DNA of 54,150 bases, from positions 1 to 54,150 of the forward strand of contig CAVYCN010000005.1 in assembly GCA_963767005.1 (NCBI GenBank), written 5' to 3'. Source of the DNA: an uncultured Actinomycetes bacterium. Its GTDB lineage: Bacteria > Actinomycetota > Thermoleophilia > UBA2241. Shown piece after piece: positions 46,554-54,150 of the stretch (positions within the stretch are counted from its first letter, which is position 1; each line of letters starts with the position of its first letter). A program made the position numbers and the translations under genes. The notes under the pieces are model-generated. The model did no database searches, was not told the origin of the DNA, and saw only the letters and a list, made by a program, of their open reading frames with translations.

Positions 46554-47117
46554 GTGAGCCGGCGCGACCCCCTCGCCGCGTCCGGCCCAGCGCTCGGCCC
46601 TGCGGCCGGCCGCTGGCTCTGGCTCTTTCCCGCCGTCTTTGCCGCTCACATCGCCGAGGAGAGCCTGGCGGGCGAACGCTTCTATCGCTGGATCCGCCGC
46701 GCCACTGGCCGCGAGATCGGCCCGGGCACCTTTGTCGCGGTCAACCTCGCGTTCGAGGCTGCCATGGTCTCGGCGGTGCGCCGCGCGACGCGGCCGGCGC
46801 GACCGGCGGGCGCCCCGGCCGACAGCGGCGTCGGCGCCTGGGTCGCGCCCGCGCTCGGCCTCATCGGCACGGCGAACGGCCTCGGCCACCTCGCCGGCAG
46901 CGTGGTCACGCGGAGCTACTCGCCGGGCGCCGTGTCGGGGGCCTGCCTGTGGGCGCCACTCGGTCTCGTCGCCCTGCGGCGCTCGCGGCGCGCGCTGCCA
47001 CGGCACACGTGGCGCCGTGGCGTCGTGATCGGCGCGCTGGCCGGCGCCGGCGTCATGCCGCTCGCGCTGGCGCTCAGCCACCACTCGCCGGCCGCCGGCG
47101 AGTCCGCGGCCTTCTGA
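46554..47117 (+). CDS. HXXEE-domain membrane protein
   Basis: 'FAAHIAEE', 'NGLGH', 'YSPGAVS'. Confidence 0.8.
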   Translation: MSRRDPLAASGPALGPAAGRWLWLFPAVFAAHIAEESLAGERFYRWIRRATGREIGPGTFVAVNLAFEAAMVSAVRRATRPARPAGAPADSGVGAWVAPALGLIGTANGLGHLAGSVVTRSYSPGAVSGACLWAPLGLVALRRSRRALPRHTWRRGVVIGALAGAGVMPLALALSHHSPAAGESAAF

Positions 47118-47129
47118 CCTGCGAGAGCC

Positions 47130-49340
47130 CTACTCGATCCGCGCCGTCTGCGGCTGCGTCATGCGGTCGAGCAGAGGCATGACGACGCAGACGACGCCGA
47201 GCGCCGCGAGCAGGCCGCCGATCATCAGCTCGTAGTAGCCCAGGCCCGGTGCGGCCACCCCGTAGTCGTGGGCGGTCGCCAGCAGGATGAAGTCGGCGGC
47301 CAGAAAGCCGGCGCCGGCCGCGACGAGCGCGGCGACCACGAGGGGCACCGCCGCCTCGAGCACGACGACCCGCCGCAGGTGACCGATCGGCATGCCGCTC
47401 AGGCGCAGCAGCGTGAGCGGCCGCTTACGCTCGATCAGCCCGCCGGCCGAAGCCACAGCGAGGCTGCAGCCGGCGATCACCAGGGTGAGGATGATGCCCA
47501 CGTCGACCATGCGCTGGAGCAGATCGATGAGCGCTGTGGACGAGCTCGAGAGCTGGCTCTCGGTGCTCGGTGGCGGGTACTGCGGCAGGGCGGTCTCGAG
47601 CGTGGTGCGCACGCGCTCCGTCGAGACGACGCTCCCGTCGGTGGTCACGAGCAGGGCGATCACGCGGTGTGAGGGCAGCGCCGCGGCGGCCACGCGGCTG
47701 GCCGGCCACGACGCCCGTCGCCCGAGGCCGCCGTAGAGGATCGAGCCCGGGTCGACCGCGACCGACCGGCCCGCCCCACCCGCGACCGGCCCGAAGACCG
47801 CGAGGCGGTCCCACACGGCGGCCGCCACCAGACCGGTCGAGTCGGTCACGTTCGGGCCGCTGTGGGCGCGCCACGCGTAGACGGGGACGACCGTCTGCAC
47901 GCCGCGCAGGCCGCGCAGGCGCGCGAGCAGCGGCTGCGCCTGCGCCGGAGCAAGCGCTCCCTTGTCCTGCGTGAAGTAGGACTCCACGACCGTGCCCTTC
48001 GGCAGCGTCATGGTCGACAGGAAGCTGCCATGGGCGATCGCCGTGCCGACCACACCGACGAAGACGGTGCCGACGAACACGGCCAGCACGAGGCCGCCGA
48101 TGGTGCGAAAGGCCTGGCCCGGCTGCTCGCTCAGGCGCCGCGCGGCGATGAGCGTCGAGTCGCCCCGGGCGAGCCGGGCCAGCAGCCTGGCCCCGACCAT
48201 GGTAAACCAGGGCCCGGCGATGGTGAGACCGACGACGATCTCGACGAAGCCCGCGAGGATGAACCAGATGCCGACGCTGCCCTCGGGCAGCGGCAGCACC
48301 GGGGCTGCGGCGAGCACCCCGAGACCGAGCGCGGCCGGCAGCAGGCGCCAGACGCGCGGCGGCTTGTGCGTGACGCGACGGCTCACGCCCAGCGGCGAGA
48401 TGCGCACGCGCCGCAGAGACCACACGGCGACGAGCATTGCGGCAAGCGGCACGCCGACGGCGACCGCGGCGCTGACCCGCCAGCTCGGGCTGAGGTCGCT
48501 CGTGAAGAACGGGTCGCCGGTGAACGGGATGCGCGCGACGAGCGGCCGCGACAGATAGAAGCCGGCGAAGCCCAGGCCCACCCCGGCGACCGCCGACAGC
48601 GCCGCCTCGACGGCGGCGATCTGGTTCACCTGACGTGGCGTGGCCCCGACCAGGCGCAGGGCGGCGAACCGCTCCTCACGGCGAGCGGCGGCCAGGCGCG
48701 TCGAGGTGGCGACGAACATGAGCACGGGTACGAGCAGGCCGGCCGCGCCCAGCGCCAGCACCGTCCTGAAGAAGCTCGTGTAGGAGTGCGGGTAGGGCAG
48801 CGTCTCGATGCTGCGCACCTGGTAGGTCCCGGACTCGTGACGCAGCTCGGCGGCCGAACGGCCCACGAAGGCCACCAGAGCATCGGGCGACGCGAGCGCC
48901 GCGCGGCCGACGGTGCCGGCACGCCGGCCGGGAAGCCGGTCGCCGAGAGCGTCGGCCGGCGTGGTCGCGAGCAGCCGGGCGAGGGCGGGCGACACGAAGA
49001 CCTCGCCGGCGCGCGGCACCCGCGAGAGCCCCGGCGGCAGCGGGCTGCGCGGACCAGTCGCGGCCACCTCGACGATCGTCAACGAGCGGCTGCCGTAGGA
49101 GTCGTAGATCGGCCGCCAGAGCAGCGGGTCCGACGTCTTCTCGTTCACGCTCGGGCGCGTGTTGTGGGGGGACGTGTTCATCCAGCCCTCACGCGCGTCG
49201 CGCTGCTTCAGGCCGTGGAAGCCGCTCAGGGTGAACAGCAGCAGGGCCACGCCGACGGCGACCCCAAAGGCGGTCAGCGCAAGGCGGACGCCCGACTCGC
49301 GCCCGCCCCGCAGCGAGAGCCGCAGACCCAGTGAGATCAT
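47130..49340 (-). CDS. FtsX-like ABC transporter permease
   Basis: Two FtsX repeats ('RREERFAALRLVGATP', 'ERKRPLTLLRLSGMP'); translationally coupled to the ATPase gene. Confidence 0.9.
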   Translation of the reverse strand: MISLGLRLSLRGGRESGVRLALTAFGVAVGVALLLFTLSGFHGLKQRDAREGWMNTSPHNTRPSVNEKTSDPLLWRPIYDSYGSRSLTIVEVAATGPRSPLPPGLSRVPRAGEVFVSPALARLLATTPADALGDRLPGRRAGTVGRAALASPDALVAFVGRSAAELRHESGTYQVRSIETLPYPHSYTSFFRTVLALGAAGLLVPVLMFVATSTRLAAARREERFAALRLVGATPRQVNQIAAVEAALSAVAGVGLGFAGFYLSRPLVARIPFTGDPFFTSDLSPSWRVSAAVAVGVPLAAMLVAVWSLRRVRISPLGVSRRVTHKPPRVWRLLPAALGLGVLAAAPVLPLPEGSVGIWFILAGFVEIVVGLTIAGPWFTMVGARLLARLARGDSTLIAARRLSEQPGQAFRTIGGLVLAVFVGTVFVGVVGTAIAHGSFLSTMTLPKGTVVESYFTQDKGALAPAQAQPLLARLRGLRGVQTVVPVYAWRAHSGPNVTDSTGLVAAAVWDRLAVFGPVAGGAGRSVAVDPGSILYGGLGRRASWPASRVAAAALPSHRVIALLVTTDGSVVSTERVRTTLETALPQYPPPSTESQLSSSSTALIDLLQRMVDVGIILTLVIAGCSLAVASAGGLIERKRPLTLLRLSGMPIGHLRRVVVLEAAVPLVVAALVAAGAGFLAADFILLATAHDYGVAAPGLGYYELMIGGLLAALGVVCVVMPLLDRMTQPQTARIE

Positions 49341-50227
49341 GAGGCCGTGGGCTCGGCGCCGTGTGGCCGGCGATTCGCGCCGCTTGCCGACGGAACGCCG
49401 GCGGCGCTTGCCGGCGGCGCTCCGTCGCTCGGGTCGGACACGCGGCCGTCGCGCACCATCACCTCGCGGTCGGCGTAGGCGGCCACGCGCGGCTCGTGGG
49501 TGACCATGACGACGGTCGTGCCGAGCTCGCGGGCACCGTCGACCAACAGGTCCATGACCTGCTCGCCGGTGAGCGAGTCGAGGGCGCCGGTCGGCTCGTC
49601 GGCAAAGAGTACACGCGGCTCGGCGACCAGGCCGCGCGCCAAGGCAACGCGCTGCGACTCGCCGCCCGAGAGCTCGCCGGAGCGGCGCCCTTGGAGGCCG
49701 TCGAGGCCGAGCGGCTCGAACCAGCGCTGCGCGGCGGCGAACGCCTGCGCGCGCCGCCGCCCGGCGAGCAGCAGCGGCAGGGCGATGTTCTCGAGCGCGC
49801 TGAGCTCGGGCACGAGCTGACCGAACTGAAAGACGAAGCCGAACGAGGCGCGGCGCAGCTCGCTGCGCCGCGCCTCGTTCAACGTGTCGAGGCGGCGGCC
49901 GTCGAAGGTGACCTGACCCTCGTCGGGCGTGAGGATACCGGCCAGGCAGTGCAGCAGCGTCGACTTGCCCGAGCCGCTCGGCCCCATGACGGCGACGATC
50001 TCGCCGGCCCGCACGCCGAAGTCGGCGCCGCGCAGCGCCGGCGTGGGGCCGAACCACTTCTGCAGGCCGCGGCAGGTCAGCAGGAAGCCGTTGGGGCCGC
50101 CGCTCGTCGGGTCGCCGCTCGTCGGGTCGCCGCTCGTCGGGTCGCCGCCCGTCGGGGCGCCGCCCGTCGGGGCGCCGCCGGCCCCCCGCGGGCGGCCGGT
50201 CTGTCCCGGCGTCGGGACGAGGTTCAC
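49337..50227 (-). CDS. ABC transporter ATP-binding protein (LolD/MacB type)
   Basis: GPSGSGKS, LSGGESQRV, FADEPTGALD, VTHE. Confidence 0.94.
   Translation of the reverse strand: MNLVPTPGQTGRPRGAGGAPTGGAPTGGDPTSGDPTSGDPTSGGPNGFLLTCRGLQKWFGPTPALRGADFGVRAGEIVAVMGPSGSGKSTLLHCLAGILTPDEGQVTFDGRRLDTLNEARRSELRRASFGFVFQFGQLVPELSALENIALPLLLAGRRRAQAFAAAQRWFEPLGLDGLQGRRSGELSGGESQRVALARGLVAEPRVLFADEPTGALDSLTGEQVMDLLVDGARELGTTVVMVTHEPRVAAYADREVMVRDGRVSDPSDGAPPASAAGVPSASGANRRPHGAEPTAS
50098..50179. repeat. 15-bp tandem repeat (about 5.5 copies) in the ABC ATPase N-terminus
   Basis: CGCCGCTCGTCGGGT x3, then CGCCGCCCGTCGGGG x2, encoding GAPTG/GDPTS. Confidence 0.9.
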
Positions 50228-50805
50228 CGCTGCGGCTCCCCGGCGAGTCGGTCGGTCGGGCCGGTCTGGTCCGTCCGGCCGCCGCGACTCAGCTCGGTTG
50301 TGAGCTGGTCGAGGCGCGCCGCAGTGAGCTCGATCCAGCGCAGGTCGGCTTCGAGGTGGAAGATCGCGTGGTCGGCGAGCAGCCCGTCGAGCAGCGGTCC
50401 CTCGCGGCGCACGGCGGTGAGCTCGCGCATGCGCACGAGGTGAGCGTGGCGTTGCGCGTCCAGGTAGGTGTCGGCGGGGCGCCCGAGCAGGATGGCGAGG
50501 ATCGTCTTGACGGCGAGGACGGTCTGCAGGTGGGGCTCGGGCGGCTCGGGCCGGGCGAGCCAGGCCGCGAGGGCGACCTCGCCCTCTGGCGTGATCGCGT
50601 AGAGCTTGCGCTCGGGCCCTTCGCCGGGTGCGTTGCCTTCGGCCAGCACCCTGCCGTCGCGCGCCAGGCGCGAGAGCGTGGCGTAGACCTGCCCGAACGG
50701 CAGCGGCTTGTCGCGGCCGAAGTACTCGTCGTACTGGCGCTTGAGGTCGTAGCCGTGGCTCGGTCGCTGATCGAGAAGACCAAGAAGTGCGTAGCTCACG
50801 CTCAT
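50224..50805 (-). CDS. PadR family transcriptional regulator
   Basis: 'LLGLL...PSHGYDLK', 'GQVYATLSRL.RDG', 'RKLYAITPEG', C-terminal 'HLEADLRWIE'. Confidence 0.95.
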   Translation of the reverse strand: MSVSYALLGLLDQRPSHGYDLKRQYDEYFGRDKPLPFGQVYATLSRLARDGRVLAEGNAPGEGPERKLYAITPEGEVALAAWLARPEPPEPHLQTVLAVKTILAILLGRPADTYLDAQRHAHLVRMRELTAVRREGPLLDGLLADHAIFHLEADLRWIELTAARLDQLTTELSRGGRTDQTGPTDRLAGEPQR

Positions 50806-50812
50806 GGCGGCC

Positions 50813-50842
50813 ACTATACTCTGAGTGTATACTTCGAGTCAA
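50813..50842 (-). promoter_or_regulatory. padR leaderless promoter with a palindromic operator
   Basis: Minus-strand TTGACT, 18 nt, TATAGT, then 7 nt to the ATG. Inverted repeat TATAC-tctgagt-GTATA at 50815-50831. Confidence 0.75.
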
Positions 50843-50875
50843 TACCGGCCCGGCGAGGTGTCGGTTCGCAACACA

Positions 50876-50907
50876 AGTTGACAACTGCTTGGTCTGTCAA
50901 CTATGGT
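50876..50907 (+). promoter_or_regulatory. Promoter with an inverted-repeat operator for the HTH/Clp-N pair
   Basis: AGTTGACA-N11-TGTCAACT. TTGACA, 18 nt, TATGGT, then ATG 6 nt later. Confidence 0.75.
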
Positions 50908-50913
50908 TGCGTC

Positions 50914-51195
50914 ATGTCGGATCCCGAGAACAGAGAGCCCCAGACGGCGACCGACGGCCTGGCTGCGGTCGTGGCCCTGCGCCGCCTCGCCGACCTGCTC
51001 GAGTCGGCCCAGGTCGACCGCGCCCTGCGCGAGGGCTGGAGCTGGACCGAGATCGCCGAGGCCCTCGGCGTCACACGCCAGGCGGTCCACAAGAAGCACG
51101 CCAGGCGCGTCGCCGTCGCCGGCCTCGACCTTGCGCCCGCGACCGACGCGACCGCCGGCGGACCCGAGCACGATGCCTGCGAGGAGGAGCTGTGA
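50914..51195 (+). CDS. Small HTH DNA-binding protein
   Basis: 'QVDRALREGWSWTEIAEALGVTRQAVHKKHA'. Confidence 0.88.
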   Translation: MSDPENREPQTATDGLAAVVALRRLADLLESAQVDRALREGWSWTEIAEALGVTRQAVHKKHARRVAVAGLDLAPATDATAGGPEHDACEEEL

Positions 51196-51683
51196 GCGAC
51201 CGTCTCGACCTTCGCCGGGTCGTGCGCGAGGCCCGGGTCGAGGCCTCGGCCATGGGCAGCGCGCGGATCGAGGCCGAGCACCTGCTGCTCGCCCTGTCGG
51301 CGCGACCCGACACCGAAGCCGGCCGCCTGCTCATCGGCCAGGGGCTCGGCCACGAGACCCTGCGACGCGCCCTCGACCTGGAGTTTCAGCAGAGCCTCGC
51401 GGCCGCGGGCGTCCGGCTCGAGGCCTTCGATCTGCCCGACGTGCGCACGACCCTCGTCCGCGAGTCGCGCCTGCTGGGCCGCTCGGTGCAGCTCGCCATC
51501 CAGCGCGCCATGAAGGCGAAGGCCGGCCGGGGCCGCGCCCGCCACCAGCTCCGCTCCCTGCACCTGCTCATCGGCATCCTCACGCCCGAGCTCGGCACCG
51601 TGCCGCGCGCCCTGGCGGCGATCGGCGCCGACCGCGCCGCCCTGCTCGCCACCGCCCGCGCGCGCGCCGAGCAGGCGGCCTAG
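51192..51683 (+). CDS. Clp protease N-terminal (Clp R) domain protein
   Basis: 'ARVEA..MG..RIEAEHLLLAL' and a second repeat 'SLHLLIGIL'; GTGA overlap with the HTH gene. Confidence 0.88.
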   Translation: MSDRLDLRRVVREARVEASAMGSARIEAEHLLLALSARPDTEAGRLLIGQGLGHETLRRALDLEFQQSLAAAGVRLEAFDLPDVRTTLVRESRLLGRSVQLAIQRAMKAKAGRGRARHQLRSLHLLIGILTPELGTVPRALAAIGADRAALLATARARAEQAA

Positions 51684-51860
51684 CCGAAGCGACGCGGCGC
51701 ACGGAGCGACCCCGTGCCGACGCGACCTGGCGAGCGTACCGACCCCATGCCGACGGCAACGACCAGCCTGCCCATCATCACCACCTGGAACCCGTTCCTG
51801 CTGTCGGTCTTCGGCTGGTCGACCCAGACCGGCTCCCGCCTGTCTCCTTCTCCCGATCAC

Positions 51861-51914
51861 TCCCCCGTTCCCGGCCGCTCTCCTGTTCCCGGCCGCTCTC
51901 CTGTTCCCGGCCGG
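51861..51914. repeat. 18-bp tandem repeat (3 copies)
   Basis: TCYCCYGTTCCCGGCCGS x3 (SPVPGR within ORF 51747-51968). Confidence 0.85.
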
Positions 51915-52048
51915 TCTGTTTCTCGCGCACGCGAGGACGGCCGCGCCCGGCCTGCGGCCCGGCCCTGAAGGAAACCGCCGAACCGTCCGATACCTCGTGA
52001 GTGCCGGCGCGGCGCGCCGGCTCAGGGCGATCGCACGACAGAGGTCAC

Positions 52049-53422
52049 ATGGCGGACACGTTCGGCACAGAGACTGCGCAGAGCGGCGGTATCGACGGCG
52101 CGGCTCCCGTCGGCGTGCGCTCCGGCAGGGCGACTTTCGCCGGCGACGGCGACGACGGCGCGACGCTGACTGAGCGGCTGACGTACGAGACCGGGCGCTA
52201 CCCGCTCGGCGCCTTCGCCGCGCTCGTGCTCGCCGCGCTCGCGCTCTACGTGGTGATCGTCCTTCTCGTGCCGGCCTCGCCCAGCGCCTTCAACCTGTGG
52301 AGCGCCGGCGTCGGCAGGCTCGCCGCCGCGGTCGCCGGCCTCGCGGCACTGTTCTGCTGCCGCGCGCTGGATCAGACCGCCGACGGGCCGGAGGCCTTCG
52401 CCGAGGGCGCGGTCCGCCGCCTCGTCGTGGCCCTCGTCCTCACGGCGGCGGTGCTGGCGCTGCTGTGCGTCCAGCGCGTGCTGCTCGCGCACTACCTCAA
52501 CGACCCCACCGTCACGCTCGGGGCTGCGATCCGCGCCGTGCTGACCGACCCCACGAAGTGGGCCGGGGCGCTGGCCGCCGGCCTGGTGCTTACGGCGGTC
52601 GCGGCGCCGGCCGGCACGGCCCGCCGGCTCGCCCGCTCGCTGGTCGTGGTCCGGCGACGTCGCGTCCAGGTGCTCACCGCTGTCGCGCTGATCGTGCCGC
52701 TCGCGCTCACCCTGGGGGCCGTCGTCTTCGTGCGGGCCCTGCCGACGGCCTCTACTTCGGGCGTCACGTCGGGCACACCGCTCGTGGGCATCGGTGAGCC
52801 GCTCGGCAGCTCGGCTATCGGGAGTCCGCTGCCATACGCGATCGCGAGCCTCGCGTGTGTCTTCGTCATCGCGCTGCCGCTCGTCTTTGCCTGGTACGGC
52901 TACGCGGCCGAACGCCTCGAGCGACGGCTGTCGCCGCTCTACGTTGGTGTCGTGATCGGCGCGGCGACCGCCCTGCCGAGCCTCGCCGTCACCGAGGTCA
53001 TCTACGGCCACTACGGCATCTCGGCAGCCGGCGGGATCGGCATCGGGCTCGCGCTTATCGGCGACGTCGCCCTGGCCGTGCTCGCCGTCAGGCTGCGCCA
53101 GCTCTCGCGGGGCAGCCTGCTGCCCAGCGCGGTGCTGCTCGCGACCGCCTCGGTCGCCTTCTCCGTCTTCGCCTGGTGGCCCCGCGCGGTGAGCGACCGC
53201 GGCATCATGGGCGAGAAGGTCTACACCTGGGCGATGGTCGGCGTCGCCGTCGTCGTCCTCTTTCAGGCGAGCATGTGGCGCAGGAGCGCGGCGACGGCCG
53301 ACGGCACGACAGGGCTCGACGGTGCGGCGGGGTCGGACGGTGCGGCGGGACCGCCGCACCGTCCGACCCCGCCGCCGGCCGCCTACGAGGTCGTGGTCAA
53401 AGACCTCGGCATGCCGCGGTAG
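52049..53422 (+). CDS. Multi-pass membrane protein with a degenerate CPBP/Abi (CAAX-protease-like) C-terminal domain
   Basis: About 12 hydrophobic segments. 'FAWYGYAAERLERRLSPL...VIG' and 'RGSLLPSAVL' resemble CPBP motifs. Confidence 0.6.
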   Translation: MADTFGTETAQSGGIDGAAPVGVRSGRATFAGDGDDGATLTERLTYETGRYPLGAFAALVLAALALYVVIVLLVPASPSAFNLWSAGVGRLAAAVAGLAALFCCRALDQTADGPEAFAEGAVRRLVVALVLTAAVLALLCVQRVLLAHYLNDPTVTLGAAIRAVLTDPTKWAGALAAGLVLTAVAAPAGTARRLARSLVVVRRRRVQVLTAVALIVPLALTLGAVVFVRALPTASTSGVTSGTPLVGIGEPLGSSAIGSPLPYAIASLACVFVIALPLVFAWYGYAAERLERRLSPLYVGVVIGAATALPSLAVTEVIYGHYGISAAGGIGIGLALIGDVALAVLAVRLRQLSRGSLLPSAVLLATASVAFSVFAWWPRAVSDRGIMGEKVYTWAMVGVAVVVLFQASMWRRSAATADGTTGLDGAAGSDGAAGPPHRPTPPPAAYEVVVKDLGMPR

Positions 53423-53492
53423 GCGCGGCGGTTCCCCTCCCGCGGCCCGCGGGTGTATGAAGGACGGGACGACGTCACGGAGGGAGGCTCAC

Positions 53493-54041
53493 ATGACGAC
53501 CGACGCAAGCAGGACCGCCGAACGCATGCTCGACGTGCTGGGGGCCGACGGTCCGCACCCCGACCACGCCGACGCGCTCATGCTCTACGGACGGTTCGTG
53601 GGCGCCTGGGAGGGCCGGGTCGTCGTGACGCGCCGCGACGGCACCCGGCGCGAGGAGAGCTGCGAGGTGTTCTTTGGCTGGGTGCTCGAGGGGCGTGCCG
53701 TGCAGGACATCTGGATCGGCCCGGCACGTGGCGACCGGGATGACCCGTCCCGCGACGCCAGGCTCGACACCTACGGCACCACGATCCGCGTCTATGACCC
53801 CGAGCACGACGTCTGGCACATCACCTGGATCGAGCCGGGCTCGCAGTCCTGCCGGCACATGACCGGCGGCCCGCGCGGCGACGACATCGTGCAGGAGTAC
53901 CGCGAGGCCGACGGCACGCTCTGGCAGTGGCTCTTCACCGACATCACGCCCGACGCGTTCCGCTGGGTCGCGCGCGAGTCGAGCGACGACGGCGCCTCGT
54001 GGCAGGTGCGCAACGAGTTCTCCTTGCGGCGACGCTCGTGA
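53493..54041 (+). CDS. Hypothetical beta-barrel protein (DUF1579-like)
   Basis: RBS GGAGG. 'FVGAWEG', 'FGWVLEGRAVQDIW', 'YGTTIRVYDP', 'SSDDGASW'. Confidence 0.75.
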   Translation: MTTDASRTAERMLDVLGADGPHPDHADALMLYGRFVGAWEGRVVVTRRDGTRREESCEVFFGWVLEGRAVQDIWIGPARGDRDDPSRDARLDTYGTTIRVYDPEHDVWHITWIEPGSQSCRHMTGGPRGDDIVQEYREADGTLWQWLFTDITPDAFRWVARESSDDGASWQVRNEFSLRRRS

Positions 54042-54111
54042 GCGGCGCGGTCGGCGAGAGCGGCGCGGTCGGCGGGAGCCGCGCGGCTGGCGAGGGCGGC
54101 GCGGCTGGCAA
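54040..54111. repeat. 18-bp degenerate tandem repeat (4 copies)
   Basis: GAGCGGCGCGGTCGGCGA and variants, in the 3' region of a probable convergent gene that enters from beyond the window. Confidence 0.8.
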
Positions 54112-54150
54112 GCGGCATCGGCTCGCTGTGGAGCCTGGCCTCCACGATGA

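Noticed and set aside
50098-54111. Tandem repeats as CRISPR arrays
   Set aside because: The units are contiguous with no unique spacers, and there are no cas genes in the window.

Overview
A high-GC bacterial window. Gene content and promoter style suggest an anaerobic or facultative Actinomycetota, Thermoleophilia-like (inference). It is probably a long-read assembly, because 0.8-21 kb carries many single-base indel frameshifts. 0-2.1 kb: a split TetR gene and a patch of gene debris (USP fragment, IS256 and IS110 transposase remnants). 2.3-14.8 kb: an amine/aldehyde catabolic cluster (APC permease, Fe-ADH, CoA-acylating MMSDH, ferritin-like protein, class III aminotransferase, two W/Mo aldehyde:ferredoxin oxidoreductases, polyferredoxin, MoaD, two ModE-like HTH proteins), followed by lutABC on the minus strand. 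19.6-24.2 kb: a FIST/NosP sensor coupled to a PucR/CdaR transcription factor that carries the N-terminal helix typical of NosP-associated kinases, directly upstream of an aldehyde dehydrogenase. This is the best candidate for an undescribed signalling system. The rest is accessory and stress genes: two ECF sigma/anti-sigma pairs, two DHA2 MFS pumps, an OmpR-family two-component system, a lower-GC PHP-ABC-ATPase (Ppl-like defence) gene, PadR-ABC-FtsX, and an HTH + Clp-N pair. A highly structured 237-nt intergenic sequence, resembling an IS110 non-coding left end but with no recombinase, forms the leader of the aminotransferase. No rRNA, tRNA or CRISPR array was seen.
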